NCBI GenBank assembly: GCA_963799775.1
Contig: CAWCYD010000003.1
Location: 1,856,001-1,920,000 of the forward strand
DNA from: an uncultured archaeon
GTDB lineage: Archaea > Thermoproteota > Nitrososphaeria > Nitrososphaerales > Gagatemarchaeaceae
Reading direction: 5' to 3'
DNA length: 64,000 nucleotides
Shown: positions 15,811 through 26,271 of the stretch, piece after piece
Layout: each line of letters starts with the position of its first letter
Position numbering within the stretch: the stretch's first letter is position 1
Notes under the pieces: model-generated
Told to the model about the DNA's origin: nothing
What the model saw: the letters and a program-made list of their open reading frames with translations, nothing else
Database searches by the model: none
Program-made: the position numbers and the translations under genes

Positions 15811-16271
15811 TAAGAGACGTAGATGGCTGACGCGAGTACAACTAGGACGATTACGAGTGCGACCCTCACTAGACACTTGAGGCCGACACCAGTTCTTGCA
15901 GGCTGCACCGGGTGTTGGTATCGCACAAATATTTACGAGTTGTGAGGACGGTCGCTTGCTCTCGCCCTTCACAATGGTTATCCGATGTCGTGGCTCGCTA
16001 GCTTCTCAGGTGGCTTGGGTTGGCATTGGCAGACGAACGCGGTTAACTTGGTGGCCGACTATTTTTTCTGGCTTGAGATGTCTGCCGCAGGACTTTTCTC
16101 TGTCATCCTTCTGCAACGCAAGAGAAATGTCGAACTCCACACACTGAACAGCTGAGAGCTACCTTGCGGGAGGCGCAATGAACCCCTATGTGCGGCGACT
16201 GCTTTTCTCCGGCTCGGCAAGACTCGACGTTCGGACAAAGGCATTTATCGAGCAACGTCATTCACAAAATC

Positions 16272-16553
16272 ATGAAGAGATGGCCGAAGACCGTGCTTGT
16301 CCTTGCCGCAGTAATCGGCCTCACATTTCTGGTTCTTCTTCTCCCTTTGCTGCCTTTCACTGAAGGCTTTGGGTGCGCGGGAGCGGTGATCATTGGGTGC
16401 GCCCCTGATCACGCATCGGCGAGCTTCTACCTCTTTGGGTCCGGATACCTGTCCACACCTCACGGCGCGAACTCCTATTACTCGTGGTGCACAGCGAATC
16501 CTGGAGGGGGCGGGTTCACGTGCCGCAACGGCGCGTTCCAGGTCCCCTGGTAG
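16272..16553 (+). CDS. Small Cys-containing exported protein
   Basis: Basic N-terminus, TM helix, four Cys. Confidence 0.55.
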   Translation: MKRWPKTVLVLAAVIGLTFLVLLLPLLPFTEGFGCAGAVIIGCAPDHASASFYLFGSGYLSTPHGANSYYSWCTANPGGGGFTCRNGAFQVPW

Positions 16554-16699
16554 CCAAACACGAGAAGTCCACAGCATGCGCCCGGCAGGCGCAATGAACC
16601 CTTATGCATGGCGAATGCCCTGCATTCTTGTCAAACCTAGCGGAAGCTGGAATGCTCGGACAAAACGATTAATGAGGCCAACCCATCCAAGCATTCAGT

Positions 16700-17283
16700 T
16701 TGGCACGTCAGAGGCCTGCCTTCAGTCCACCCATTGTCTTCGTGGCGGTGGTTGTAGCCGTAGTCTTGGCGATCGCTCTCGCTGACTTCGCTACCGGGCC
16801 TATGCCAGTCTCTTCTGGTTCGTCGGCTGCTCCCTCTATTGGCGGAACGAAGGAAACAACGACAGTGACAGTTACTGGTGGCCTTGGCACCGCAGCGGCC
16901 ACGGCGCTGAACGGCGCAACCTACTACATGGACAACGTGACGAGCATAATGTGGGCCGAAGACCCGGGCACCTTCCACTTCAACAACAGATCCATCACCT
17001 TCCATGGGGTAACGTTCCAGACGATCTGCACGGCACAGTTCAGCGACTGTCCGGCGTTCCTCCTCCCACTCCAGGGGTCACCTACGCCGTTGCATCGGGT
17101 GCCGGAATAACCTTGAACGTCACGTTCTCTGACCACATCAGCGAGATCATTTCAGGAGGTTTCCCATTAGTGCCTGTCCGCTTTTCCGCATACTCTCATC
17201 ATACAGACCCCCAGGCTGGAATCCTGATCGTCTATACCAGCTCCAACCCCGAATACAAATCCTACCTGCTTGTGTCAGTTTAA
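16700..17283 (+). pseudogene. Frameshifted secreted protein
   Basis: Overlapping ORFs 16700-17110 and 16951-17283 form one product with a shift near 17060. Confidence 0.55.
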
Positions 17284-17392
17284 CATCACAAACCCGCAAG
17301 CCTCCCCGCCGGAGGCGCAATGAACCCTGTGTGTGGCGACAAGCCTCTTAACCCGACAATCCTTTAATCGACGCCTTCGATAACAGAATTGC

Positions 17393-17713
17393 TTGCCCAG
17401 GCCGTTGAACCTGGTAAAATGGGCGCCGTTGTGTGCAAGCTCAGTTCAAGATCTGCCTGAGGGCGAACGCAACAAGAAGATCAAATCCATGAAATCGGTG
17501 CTGGAGGAACGCAAGGATGCGGGAGACCACGTTCCAAGAGGCCTCTGGCCGCGAGACAAGGCGTATGATGGGATCACGAACCTTTACAGGTATGAAATCG
17601 ACAGGGAGATGAGAGCGACCTACACCATCGGCAGAATAGACGGCAAGTGGGTGGTCACGGTGATCGAGGTCTTCTGGAACCACAAGAGCTACGAAAGAAG
17701 GTTTGGATACTGA
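17393..17713 (+). CDS. RelE-like small protein (possible toxin)
   Basis: 106 aa, basic, NLYRYEI..MRATYTI..VIEVF..H..Y pattern. Confidence 0.55.
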   Translation: MPRPLNLVKWAPLCASSVQDLPEGERNKKIKSMKSVLEERKDAGDHVPRGLWPRDKAYDGITNLYRYEIDREMRATYTIGRIDGKWVVTVIEVFWNHKSYERRFGY

Positions 17714-17719
17714 ACCTGG

Positions 17720-18010
17720 CTACTTGATTACTACCGACGAATCGAAGAGCGCCTTGAGCTTCGGGTTGTCGGCAGCCACCCATACAATCCTCCCATGTCT
17801 GTCGATGAAGACTTTGCCAGTCGTTACCAGGATCTCTAGCGCGTTCTCGAAGGCCGCAGTGGTCGTATCCGGGGGCAACACCTTGCGCAGTTCGGTCTTT
17901 GTCGGCGGTAGGTCAGACCCTTTTATCGTCCTCTCAATCAATATCAACAGCGAACGGTCGGAAGCCGCGGCGCGACCATCACGTTCCCGGGGCCGAGGAG
18001 TCAAGGTCAT
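17720..18010 (-). CDS. Small winged-helix-like protein
   Basis: TKTELRKVLP..ALEILV..GKV..GRIVW; convergent with the RelE-like gene. Confidence 0.5.
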   Translation of the reverse strand: MTLTPRPRERDGRAAASDRSLLILIERTIKGSDLPPTKTELRKVLPPDTTTAAFENALEILVTTGKVFIDRHGRIVWVAADNPKLKALFDSSVVIK

Positions 18011-18065
18011 AAGACGAGGCCTGAGATGTCATACGTTTTCATGTTATTAAACGTGGATACCATTG

Positions 18066-18157
18066 CGCTGGAAGCCTTTCGGGCGACCAGTTCAGCCCGT
18101 CCACTACCTATAGCTCAACGTGCGGATGAAATGCCCCGGCGGAGGCGCAACGAACCC
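18066..18157 (+). repeat. Long repeat copy (23S 3' end + BHB half)
   Basis: CGCTGGAAGCCTTTCGGGCGACCAGTTCAGCCCGTCCACTACCTATAGCTCAACGTG..GGCGCAACGAACCC. Confidence 0.95.
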
Positions 18158-18175
18158 AAGCAGGGCGAAACTATG

Positions 18176-18571
18176 TCAGTGAGCTTCTAGGATCGTCTGC
18201 TTGGCCCGTTCGTCGAAGGTCACAAGAAATCTTTCGAAGACGGCCCTTCTTCCGAGGAGACTGAGAGGCAGCCTGTGGCTCGCGGTGAACGCAACCTCAG
18301 CTTCAAACTCCTCGTTCCCTATCTTCAATCTGATTCTGTGGAGGTAGGCGTTTATCGTGCCGCCGATACCAGAAGGTCTGATCCGCTCGCCGCGGTCGAT
18401 GGTCAGTCCCAGGACTCTCCCAATCTGCCCGTCGAAGAGGCTTACGCTCGCGCCCGAGTCGACCAGCGCCTCCGAGGCCACCCACGGACCATCAGAGAGT
18501 CGCAACTCAAGTGGGATTATTGGAAAGTTGGAACCCCTAAAGGGCACGTATCCGAACTCGTATTTCGTCAA
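18176..18571 (-). CDS. Retropepsin-like (clan AA) aspartyl protease
   Basis: ALVDSGA, GIGG flap, LLGR. Confidence 0.85.
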   Translation of the reverse strand: MTKYEFGYVPFRGSNFPIIPLELRLSDGPWVASEALVDSGASVSLFDGQIGRVLGLTIDRGERIRPSGIGGTINAYLHRIRLKIGNEEFEAEVAFTASHRLPLSLLGRRAVFERFLVTFDERAKQTILEAH

Positions 18572-18792
18572 AGAATCAGGAGTTCTTCATCCTTCTTGGG
18601 GACGTAGAGCACCAGGGGCACTTGCTTTGGATGGATCCTCGTCGCTTTCTTGTGTGCCTCGCCGAAGCTCTTGCCATCAGCGACTATCTTCCTGTCAAAT
18701 ACGGCGATCCATCGCCCAGAGTGCTTCTCCGCCTCGGCGTGGTGCTTGACCAGCCATTCGTGCTCCTCCTTCAAGGAAGCCATGCTCGGCAA
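18568..18792 (-). CDS. DUF5678-like small protein
   Basis: GRWIAV..KIVADG; overlaps the aspartyl protease start. Confidence 0.75.
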   Translation of the reverse strand: MPSMASLKEEHEWLVKHHAEAEKHSGRWIAVFDRKIVADGKSFGEAHKKATRIHPKQVPLVLYVPKKDEELLIL

Positions 18793-18950
18793 CTAGATTC
18801 CACCAAGTAATATTACTTTTGAGGCCTCGGGGCAGGAGAATTTCGGCGACCCAACTCGGCCCACTGCCTTCAGCTGCATTTCATAGAAGCTAGCGAGAGC
18901 TTGAACCGTCATCCGAATGAGTTAGAAGACAGTCTCGTGTCGCTTTCTTC

Positions 18951-19637
18951 ATGATTTGCGCCCGAAGCAGAGCAGGGCTTAGCGCCACAGTCATAATTCT
19001 GGGCATCATAGCGATTCTCCTTGTCACTGCTATCGGCTTGTATGTTGCATACACGCCCGCCGAGCCTCCCGTCCCGAACATCCATACCAATTCGACAACT
19101 CCAACCCTTAGCACAACCACCAGCCTTCCTCTCACTACCACCAGCGATTCCGCCTTGTCATCAGGCAACAACTTTCCTTTGGCGGTGGGCGATTATGCTC
19201 GTTACACTGGAACTGCCTTGGAGCACCTGGACCGGAGCAAGACCAACGAGACCGTCATTGTCGAGGTCGTATCAATCAATGCCAGCGGCGTCGAGTGGAG
19301 ACAGATTACGAACACTTCAACGGTCTCCAATCAGGAGTCATACATCGTCCCTCTTGGAGCGTCACCCTTCCATTCTAACAGTTCCGGGATGACTTTCGTT
19401 CCTGTCAGCACTGAGAACATGGTCAGAGTCATCGGGTCGAGGGTCTACAATGTCACGGCAATGGTGTACGACGATGGGAATAACGGTTCTACGACCTTCT
19501 CTTACTACTATCGAACTTGGACGACCCTCATCCCGATCGAGACTAGCTCGCAGTCGGCCCTACCACTCGGCAACACGACCGATGACCTTTTCCTCACTGA
19601 GACGAACATCCCGTGGATGATCACTGTTCAACCATGA
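18951..19637 (+). CDS. Secreted S/T-rich surface protein
   Basis: RAG-LS followed by a hydrophobic stretch; N-glycosylation sequons. Confidence 0.65.
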   Translation: MICARSRAGLSATVIILGIIAILLVTAIGLYVAYTPAEPPVPNIHTNSTTPTLSTTTSLPLTTTSDSALSSGNNFPLAVGDYARYTGTALEHLDRSKTNETVIVEVVSINASGVEWRQITNTSTVSNQESYIVPLGASPFHSNSSGMTFVPVSTENMVRVIGSRVYNVTAMVYDDGNNGSTTFSYYYRTWTTLIPIETSSQSALPLGNTTDDLFLTETNIPWMITVQP

Positions 19638-19761
19638 GCCCGGCGGAGGCGCAATGAACCGCTACCGCGCACGGTCTCAACGAGTCAGCGAGAACCGGAC
19701 CTGACCACCGAACGAGGTAAGAACAGGCTGCTCTCACGCGGTTGCCAGCTTTAGGGCTGAT

Positions 19762-20535
19762 TTGGACTTGAACCTGAGAAGAAAAGAGAGCGCCTTCATT
19801 CTCGCGCAGGTGGTCATCACCCTCGCGGTCCTTGCGCTCGTTTCGATTCCAGCAGTCTCCAGGCTGTCTACGAACGACGGGTCTGTTGTCTTCTCGTCCG
19901 GGGTCTCGCCCGACGGCCTCCAGCTCGAGATGGCGCTGAACTCCACCGCGATGCGGGTGAACGGGTCGATCGGCGGCCACGTATCGGTCGTCAACACGCT
20001 CGGCACAGACGTCACCGTCGTCGTCCCAGAGCCCAGCCAGAAGATGTCGGACTGGAGCAGATACACCAACATCTGCCCGACTTCCAACTTTGAAGGCTAC
20101 GCGGTGTTCATCGGGCGCTATTCGGCGGACAACATCTCTCTGGCAGGAGAACCCTTGACGTTGGTCCCGCCCATGATCCTAAATTGCGTCATCCCTTACT
20201 ACGTCCCCGGTCCACTCACCTTCTCCCCTCACGGGGGTCCCTCGGGTCAGACCGTGGTCTACGCCCAGAGCCCCTCGAGCACCAAAGAAGATCGACTCCT
20301 TATCACCACGCTCTTCTGCAACACGACAGAGTCTGGCCCTCAGAGCTTTAGCTGCAGCTGGGCCTCTCCAGGGCTCGTCGGCTATTGGGAGGGCGGCCCT
20401 GGCTCGCCCGCCAACTTCGGCTTCACCTCTCCCGGCTTTGCGCGGTTCTTTCCCGGGGTCTACACGATCATGGCGTGGGATGTCTGGGATCAGTACGTCT
20501 TTGCGAGGGTCGTCGTGACGAGCGCTGTACGGTGA
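19762..20535 (+). CDS. Secreted surface protein (paralog of 20694-21353)
   Basis: GLQLEMALNST, GYW, PGVYTI.AWD.WDQ. Confidence 0.65.
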   Translation: MDLNLRRKESAFILAQVVITLAVLALVSIPAVSRLSTNDGSVVFSSGVSPDGLQLEMALNSTAMRVNGSIGGHVSVVNTLGTDVTVVVPEPSQKMSDWSRYTNICPTSNFEGYAVFIGRYSADNISLAGEPLTLVPPMILNCVIPYYVPGPLTFSPHGGPSGQTVVYAQSPSSTKEDRLLITTLFCNTTESGPQSFSCSWASPGLVGYWEGGPGSPANFGFTSPGFARFFPGVYTIMAWDVWDQYVFARVVVTSAVR

Positions 20536-20693
20536 TTGCGAATAGTCTGGCTCCAAGACTGACCGCAGCCTCGGCGGAGGCGCAATGAACCCATATGCAT
20601 GGCACATGCCCTGCAACTTTGTTTTGACAAGGCCCAGCGGAGACTGTAGCGTTCGGGCAAACCGATTTTAAGGACTCAGGACACATTCTCTAC

Positions 20694-21353
20694 ATGGCGT
20701 CGACGGCGGTCGCCGTTGTGGCATTTCTGATAATCGCAGCGGCCGCATCAGTGGTCTTCGCTGAAGATCCGAACAACCCTGGCTATGGAGGCATGCCAAC
20801 CTCCCTGGCTTTGACGGCCTCCTCAACTAACCGCGCGACCGGCTTGTCGCTTGAATTGGCATTGAATGCAACGACCGTGAAGAGCGGTCAGGCGGTGGAC
20901 ATTATGGCGAGCGAGACCAACACGCTACCAACGATGAACAACGTAACCGCGTCGAACCAATGGCCGGTCAAAGGCCTTGCTGTATTCGAGAGTCCATGCG
21001 GGACCGTCAACCATCCCTTCGGGATGGCTCTCTATCGCGGATACTACGGGAATGTCAGTTTGGCCAAACCGCTCCAACTCTACGCACCCGAGCCCGTTTA
21101 CCATTGCCCTATGATACTCTCGAAGATCACACAGTATTCCTTCTACCCGGAGAACTCCACCGCCCAGATTTGGGGAAGCTGCGTCCCAGGACCTTGTCAG
21201 ACTTTCGCCATGTTCGCGAGCCTCCCAGTGAAAGGATACTGGAATACAGGATTCCTCTCCGATCATACGGCGCTCATTCCTGGAGTCTATACTGTCGCTG
21301 CTGGAAACGAATGGGGGCAACTCGAGCTGCTCTATTTCGTGGTCCGGGCCTGA
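20694..21353 (+). CDS. Secreted surface protein (paralog of 19762-20535)
   Basis: GLSLELALNAT, GYW, PGVYTV.AGNEWGQ. Confidence 0.65.
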   Translation: MASTAVAVVAFLIIAAAASVVFAEDPNNPGYGGMPTSLALTASSTNRATGLSLELALNATTVKSGQAVDIMASETNTLPTMNNVTASNQWPVKGLAVFESPCGTVNHPFGMALYRGYYGNVSLAKPLQLYAPEPVYHCPMILSKITQYSFYPENSTAQIWGSCVPGPCQTFAMFASLPVKGYWNTGFLSDHTALIPGVYTVAAGNEWGQLELLYFVVRA

Positions 21354-21420
21354 ATTTCCGGGAGGCGCAGTGAACCTTATGCATGGTAACACGCCCACAT
21401 TTTGTCAAACCTAGCGGAGC

Positions 21421-21681
21421 TCACGGGTTGTCCGCATCAGGCTTGTCCTTGGCGTGCCGTGCGATCACTATCGCCCATCCCAAGAGTATCAATCCGACCA
21501 GCACACCGATTGCTGCGCCGCCGAGGTATTGGTAAGCAGACGTTGAGACTCCAGGACAGCTGCACGATATCGTTGTGCCTGGTGGCGCGGACAACCCCGC
21601 GCAGCACTCTCCCGGTCGCGGAAAAACAAATAGAATCAGAAGGGAGACGAACTCAACGAAGCCTCCCAGGCCCGCCAGCAC
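21421..21681 (-). CDS. Small two-TM Cys-rich membrane protein
   Basis: Two hydrophobic helices flanking a Cys-rich loop. Confidence 0.5.
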   Translation of the reverse strand: MLAGLGGFVEFVSLLILFVFPRPGECCAGLSAPPGTTISCSCPGVSTSAYQYLGGAAIGVLVGLILLGWAIVIARHAKDKPDADNP

Positions 21682-21889
21682 GACGACCTTGGAAAGCGAT
21701 TCTTCAATTCATCTTTCCTACAACTCGGTTTGTCGGATTCCCGATCGATACGCCTTGTGGAATTATCTCGGACGGAGGCGCAATGAACTCTATGTGCGGA
21801 ATTGCCCGCATTCTCATCGAGCTAGCGGGAGCTGGAGAACAATGCTCCGGAAGATGTAAGAGCGATTTCAGCAGCTCTGAAATGGCAGC

Positions 21890-22534
21890 ATGAAACCGGA
21901 AGATGACCGGAGGTCCCAATCAAGGGTTGCTCTTGTCATCGCTTCAATTGCTCTGCTCGTTGTATCGCTTTTTGCCGCGTTCGAGTACTCCGCAGCATCT
22001 TCGCTCGGCATGTCCGACCAGACCCTCGCGAGCAGCCTATCTCAGCTGCAGTCTGAGAACAAGAACCTGGCTTCAACGCTCTCTGGCTATTCGGTGGCCG
22101 CAAATTCATCGGTAGTCCAAGCAGTCGAGGTGCACATCTCCAAGTTGAGCCAGAGAAACGTCCAGGCCGCTCTTCTGGACTACGCGTCAAACTCTACGGT
22201 AATCTGGACTGGTACCACGCAGGGTTGGGGCGGGATATACAACAGCACATACAAGGACGTGGTGCTACGCGATTTCTTCGGTCTTCCTAGCATACTCAAC
22301 TTCACGATGCAGCTGCCATACGGGGTCCAGACGGGAGCGGCCGTCCCCGGGACCGCGATAGCACTCACGACCATCCGTTTCGGAGGCCTCAGTCGGTGCG
22401 TTGATGACTTCTCGGGCCTAATCCAGGCCTCTTACTCGCTCGTCAATCAGAAGGGCGTTTGGCTCATAACGCAGGAGGACTGGAACTTTACCAGCTTCAA
22501 TGTCACTTACCCTAGTGGAGAGGGCTTTTGCTGA
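21890..22534 (+). CDS. Membrane-anchored NTF2-like secreted protein
   Basis: VIWTGTTQGWGGIY, WLITQEDWNF. Confidence 0.65.
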   Translation: MKPEDDRRSQSRVALVIASIALLVVSLFAAFEYSAASSLGMSDQTLASSLSQLQSENKNLASTLSGYSVAANSSVVQAVEVHISKLSQRNVQAALLDYASNSTVIWTGTTQGWGGIYNSTYKDVVLRDFFGLPSILNFTMQLPYGVQTGAAVPGTAIALTTIRFGGLSRCVDDFSGLIQASYSLVNQKGVWLITQEDWNFTSFNVTYPSGEGFC

Positions 22535-22963
22535 GCCGGAGGCGCAATGAACCCTATACACGGCGAATGTCCTTCAGGTCCATCCAGTCGCTTTCAGGAA
22601 GTTTCATAAACGAGGCAGACATTGCCGAGTCCCATGGCGCTCGAAGAGCCACTGACCCAGGCTGAAAAGAAAAAACTTCACAGCATTCTGAGCGATCCGA
22701 AGGCCCTCGATGCGGTCATTGACAAGGCGCTGGAAGGCTGGAGTGGCCACAGAGTTTGGAAGAAGAAGACAAAGAACTCCTAGAGCTACTTACCTCGCTT
22801 GAGACCAGGCTGAAACGACGCGTGGTCAAGGCGCCCTTCAGGAGCCCAGAAACCTTATTCGAAGAACTTGAGGCCCTTGACGTGGTCATGGATCTGAAGA
22901 AGAGACTTCGTTCCTGACTACGCCCGGCGGAGGCGCAATGAACCTATGCATAACGACAATCAC

Positions 22964-23500
22964 CTAGGCTTGACTGGCTTCCATTTCCATCTGAATCTTG
23001 TTCCAAAGCATGCTCTCAGAGAGTTTGAATTCGAGACGTTCAGCCTGAAACATCAGAAGGATTTCCTCTTGCAGCCTGTTGGGCTTTGCCCTCTTAATCA
23101 CCTTCCTGCTGCTTTGCCGCAAGTAGCCGGCTCGATTCATTATCCTCGCTAGGAACAGACTCGCGAAGTGTATCTTGCCTGACTCCAGCCAGCGTACCTC
23201 AGGAATCCCGGACTGTTCAAAGGCGCCCTGGTTGTCGGTCAGGATGACGTAATTCTCAAATCCCTTCTGCTCAGAGATCTCTTTCGCCCGCCTCGCAGCA
23301 AGAATCTCCATTTGAGTGGATGCCGGGTTGCCTTTCTCGGTGACGGCGTTGATAGTGGAGCTCTCGATATATCCAAAGTCCTTGTCAGGTACCAGAACCA
23401 CGATTCTCCCTGTGAACTTATCAGTCACCTTGCTCGAAGTCAAGCCTTCCATTACCGCCGGGGACACTGAAGCGTCGCAGTAGACTTCGACGGCGCTCAT
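22964..23500 (-). CDS. RNase H-like fold protein
   Basis: VYCDAS..STQMEILA..VILTDN acidic triad. Confidence 0.6.
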   Translation of the reverse strand: MSAVEVYCDASVSPAVMEGLTSSKVTDKFTGRIVVLVPDKDFGYIESSTINAVTEKGNPASTQMEILAARRAKEISEQKGFENYVILTDNQGAFEQSGIPEVRWLESGKIHFASLFLARIMNRAGYLRQSSRKVIKRAKPNRLQEEILLMFQAERLEFKLSESMLWNKIQMEMEASQA

Positions 23501-23669
23501 CGAGAGGCGTTCCCGGCTGCGTCCTAATGATGTTTGAGGCGCAATGAACCCTGTGTATGGCGCAAGCCCTTCTACTTCATTTTAGAGAAAGCCTAGCGGA
23601 GCTCGCGCACTACGAGACCTATTCTATCAGGTTCAATAGGGAGCGCACACGTTTCATCCTTGAGGCGCT

Positions 23670-24897
23670 ATGAGGAGCGCAGTCGTCGCAGCGGTTGTCA
23701 TAGTCTTGGTCGCAGCGAGTCTGGGAGTTGGCTACCAACTCGGCAACCAAGCCCAACGCACCGAGACGCTAAACTCGACATCCACTCAGACTATCATCTC
23801 TATCAGCACCTCGACTTCGACGTCCACTCTGACCAGCACCTCTACCTCCTTCGTCAGCGTAGCTAGCGGTCAGCCCATTCCGGTCACGAGCGTCGAGACC
23901 GCGAACATAACCATCGGACAATCTCCTGATCCCTATGCCGAGTCAATCGCGGTCAATCCCAACACCAACAGAGTCTACGTCGTTGACGGGTCTACTCTGA
24001 CCGTCCTAGACGCGGCGTCGCACGCAGCGATCGCGAACGTCACGCTGCCAGCGAGCGGCACTGGAGGAATCGCCGTCGACAACCCCACAGGCATCGTGTT
24101 CGTCTCGGTCGAGTTCTTCAACGACGGGGCACCCGTAAAAGGGGAGGTCGCCGAGATCAATGGCTCCACGAACGCAATCGTGCGCGAGCTTCCGCTCGAC
24201 TCCCCCCTAGGCGCGCTCGCGTACGACCCATCCACCCACGTCCTTTACGGCTCCGCAGGGGGAAACCCGGGTTCCCGCAGGCCATAATGGCAGTCTCCTG
24301 GGCGTCGACGTCCAGACGGGCTCTATGGTGTCAAACGTGTCGCTTGGTTTCAGGGCCTTTAACCTGGCAGTCAATCCCATGACAAACATGGTGTATGCCG
24401 ACGGGTGCGACCAGTTTGGTCTTGCCTGCGACGCGGTCGTGTCAATGGTCAACGGGACGAGCCGTAGCCTGGTCACAACCGTTCACCTGAACTCGGCGTA
24501 CTCCACGACCATGACCGCGAACCCGGCGACGAACATAGTTTACGCTTCTGGAGCAAGGGAGCTCGTCGCCCTCAATGGGACCAACGGGGGCACGATCTTC
24601 AAGGTGGACCCTTACACTTGCGGCCCCTTCCTCGGCATGGCCGTAGTTCCTTCGGCGAACCAGGTCATCATGGTCCCGCAGAACTACGACTACCTGCTGG
24701 TGTACGACGGAACGTCCGGAGCCCTGCTCACCATGTATTCGCTCCCGAGCTTGCCGCAATCGGTTGCCTACAACCCCAGCACCAACGAATTCTACGTGAC
24801 GACCTCGGGGCATCTCCTGGCCTTCCCCGACCTGGACTTCGTGGGCGACGCGAACCCTTCACTGATTGGTTCGAATGACACATGCCTGCCGGTCTAG
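23670..24897 (+). pseudogene. YncE/YVTN-like beta-propeller surface protein, frameshifted near 24285
   Basis: Repeated AVNPxTNxVY units across two ORFs; signal anchor. Confidence 0.75.
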
Positions 24898-25062
24898 TCC
24901 CCGCATCCCCGCGAGAGGACGGCGTCGGTTTGCAACATGCATGCCCCGGCGGAGGCGCAATGAACCCCTATGCATGGCGACATGCCCGCATTTTTAGAAA
25001 CTGAGCGCGAGCCAGGACTCCTCCACACGCTTAATTACGTCTAATGTCCGCAATCGCCAGCC

Positions 25063-25302
25063 ATGGCCAGAGCAGAGCAGAAATACCTCATCGATCGGGA
25101 GACGTTGGAACACCTGCTCGCGATGCTCAGAGACGGAGTCGCCAAAGGCGCCAGCGACAAGGAAATCAGAGAGCAGACTCTAGAAATCCTCGACCCCTAC
25201 TATCGGGCCAAGGTCGATCGTGCCCTCAAAGAAGCGTCAGAAGGAAAGGTAAGGCGCTTCAAGAACGCGGAAGAGATGATTCGCGACCTTCACTCGCGCT
25301 GA
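25063..25302 (+). CDS. Putative antitoxin
   Basis: ALKEASEGKVRRF; directly upstream of a RelE gene. Confidence 0.7.
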   Translation: MARAEQKYLIDRETLEHLLAMLRDGVAKGASDKEIREQTLEILDPYYRAKVDRALKEASEGKVRRFKNAEEMIRDLHSR

Positions 25303-25308
25303 CGGCAC

Positions 25309-25569
25309 TTGCCCTGGTCGCCAGAGTATACTCCGACATTCAGACGAGACTACAAGAACCTAGATTCACAGAATCAGCGAAGGGTTGACGACGCAATCAG
25401 GGATATCGTCAACGCCGATGAGCCTAGGTCTCTCGGTCGCCCGAAACTTGGTAAGTGGGCGGGAGCGTTTGGTTATGATGTCGGCCGTTCCATCAGGATC
25501 CTCTACTCGGTCAATCAGCCATACCACCTCGTGGTATTCTTGCGGTGCGGCCGCCATGACATTTACTGA
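25309..25569 (+). CDS. RelE/ParE family toxin
   Basis: YTPTFRRDYKNL..RILY..G.HDIY. Confidence 0.85.
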   Translation: MPWSPEYTPTFRRDYKNLDSQNQRRVDDAIRDIVNADEPRSLGRPKLGKWAGAFGYDVGRSIRILYSVNQPYHLVVFLRCGRHDIY

Positions 25570-25574
25570 TTATT

Positions 25575-25650
25575 GGCGACCAGTTCAGCCCGTCCACTAC
25601 CTATAGCTCGACGTGTGGATGAAATGCCCCGGCGGAGGCGCAATGAAACC
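25575..25650 (+). repeat. Long repeat copy (23S 3' end + BHB half)
   Basis: Near-identical to 11395-11470. Confidence 0.95.
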
Positions 25651-25719
25651 ACCTGAGTGGCTCGATCTCTGGCGCTTCACCCGCGGTTCCTTCGCAGACG
25701 CTCAGCCTCGCTTGGTTCT

Positions 25720-26130
25720 TCAGCCTTCTGTCTCCATCAACACCGCTTCTTCCATCTCTTCGAGAAACAGCACCCGGACGCCCCGAGCTTTGAAGAACCG
25801 GCGGAAATCACCCTCCGCGGTTTCCTTTGGATGGCTTGCATACGCCACCGCGTGCTGCACCTTGAGATCGCGAACGTCCTCCGCCTTTCTTGCTCTCATG
25901 AGGTGCTCCACATCCCTTGTCCAGTCCTCTGCGGCTCCGGCCCGCTCCCTGCATGAAACTACCATCATGACCTTGCCCTTCACACCGGCGACCTCGGTGG
26001 CAGCCTTGTGACCGGGGTGCTTGAGCGGATGCGGCGCCTCGATTTCAGTCAGGCTGTATCCTTCTACGATCGTCAGGTAATCCTTGACGAGCTCCTCAAG
26101 ATAATCGCCGAGCTCCTCCGCCACAGGCAA
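25720..26130 (-). CDS. Hypothetical protein
   Basis: 136-aa ORF filling one cassette. Confidence 0.5.
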   Translation of the reverse strand: MPVAEELGDYLEELVKDYLTIVEGYSLTEIEAPHPLKHPGHKAATEVAGVKGKVMMVVSCRERAGAAEDWTRDVEHLMRARKAEDVRDLKVQHAVAYASHPKETAEGDFRRFFKARGVRVLFLEEMEEAVLMETEG

Positions 26131-26271
26131 CTGAAATCGACCGTGCCGACTTAGCTTTACCTACTCCGCGTGAACGCGCGGATGAGAATGCCCCGGCGGA
26201 GGCGGAACGAGCCCTCATGCATGGCGAAACACCCTTAGCAATGCGAGCCGGTTGCTGTCGTCTGAGATGGA

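Larger units (their letters stand above)
14102..15869 (-). pseudogene. NTF2-like secreted protein gene disrupted by an IS and a frameshift
   Basis: Removing the IS and one TAAG restores VALVIVLVVLASAIYVS-YSSAASSS; frameshift near 14320; C-terminal KWYVLKENWDY. Confidence 0.75.

Noticed and set aside
25613-26011. Recurring peptides such as MKCPGGGAMNP, MPRRRRNEP and RVHCASAG in many ORFs
   Set aside because: These are translations of the DNA repeat in different frames, not a protein family.
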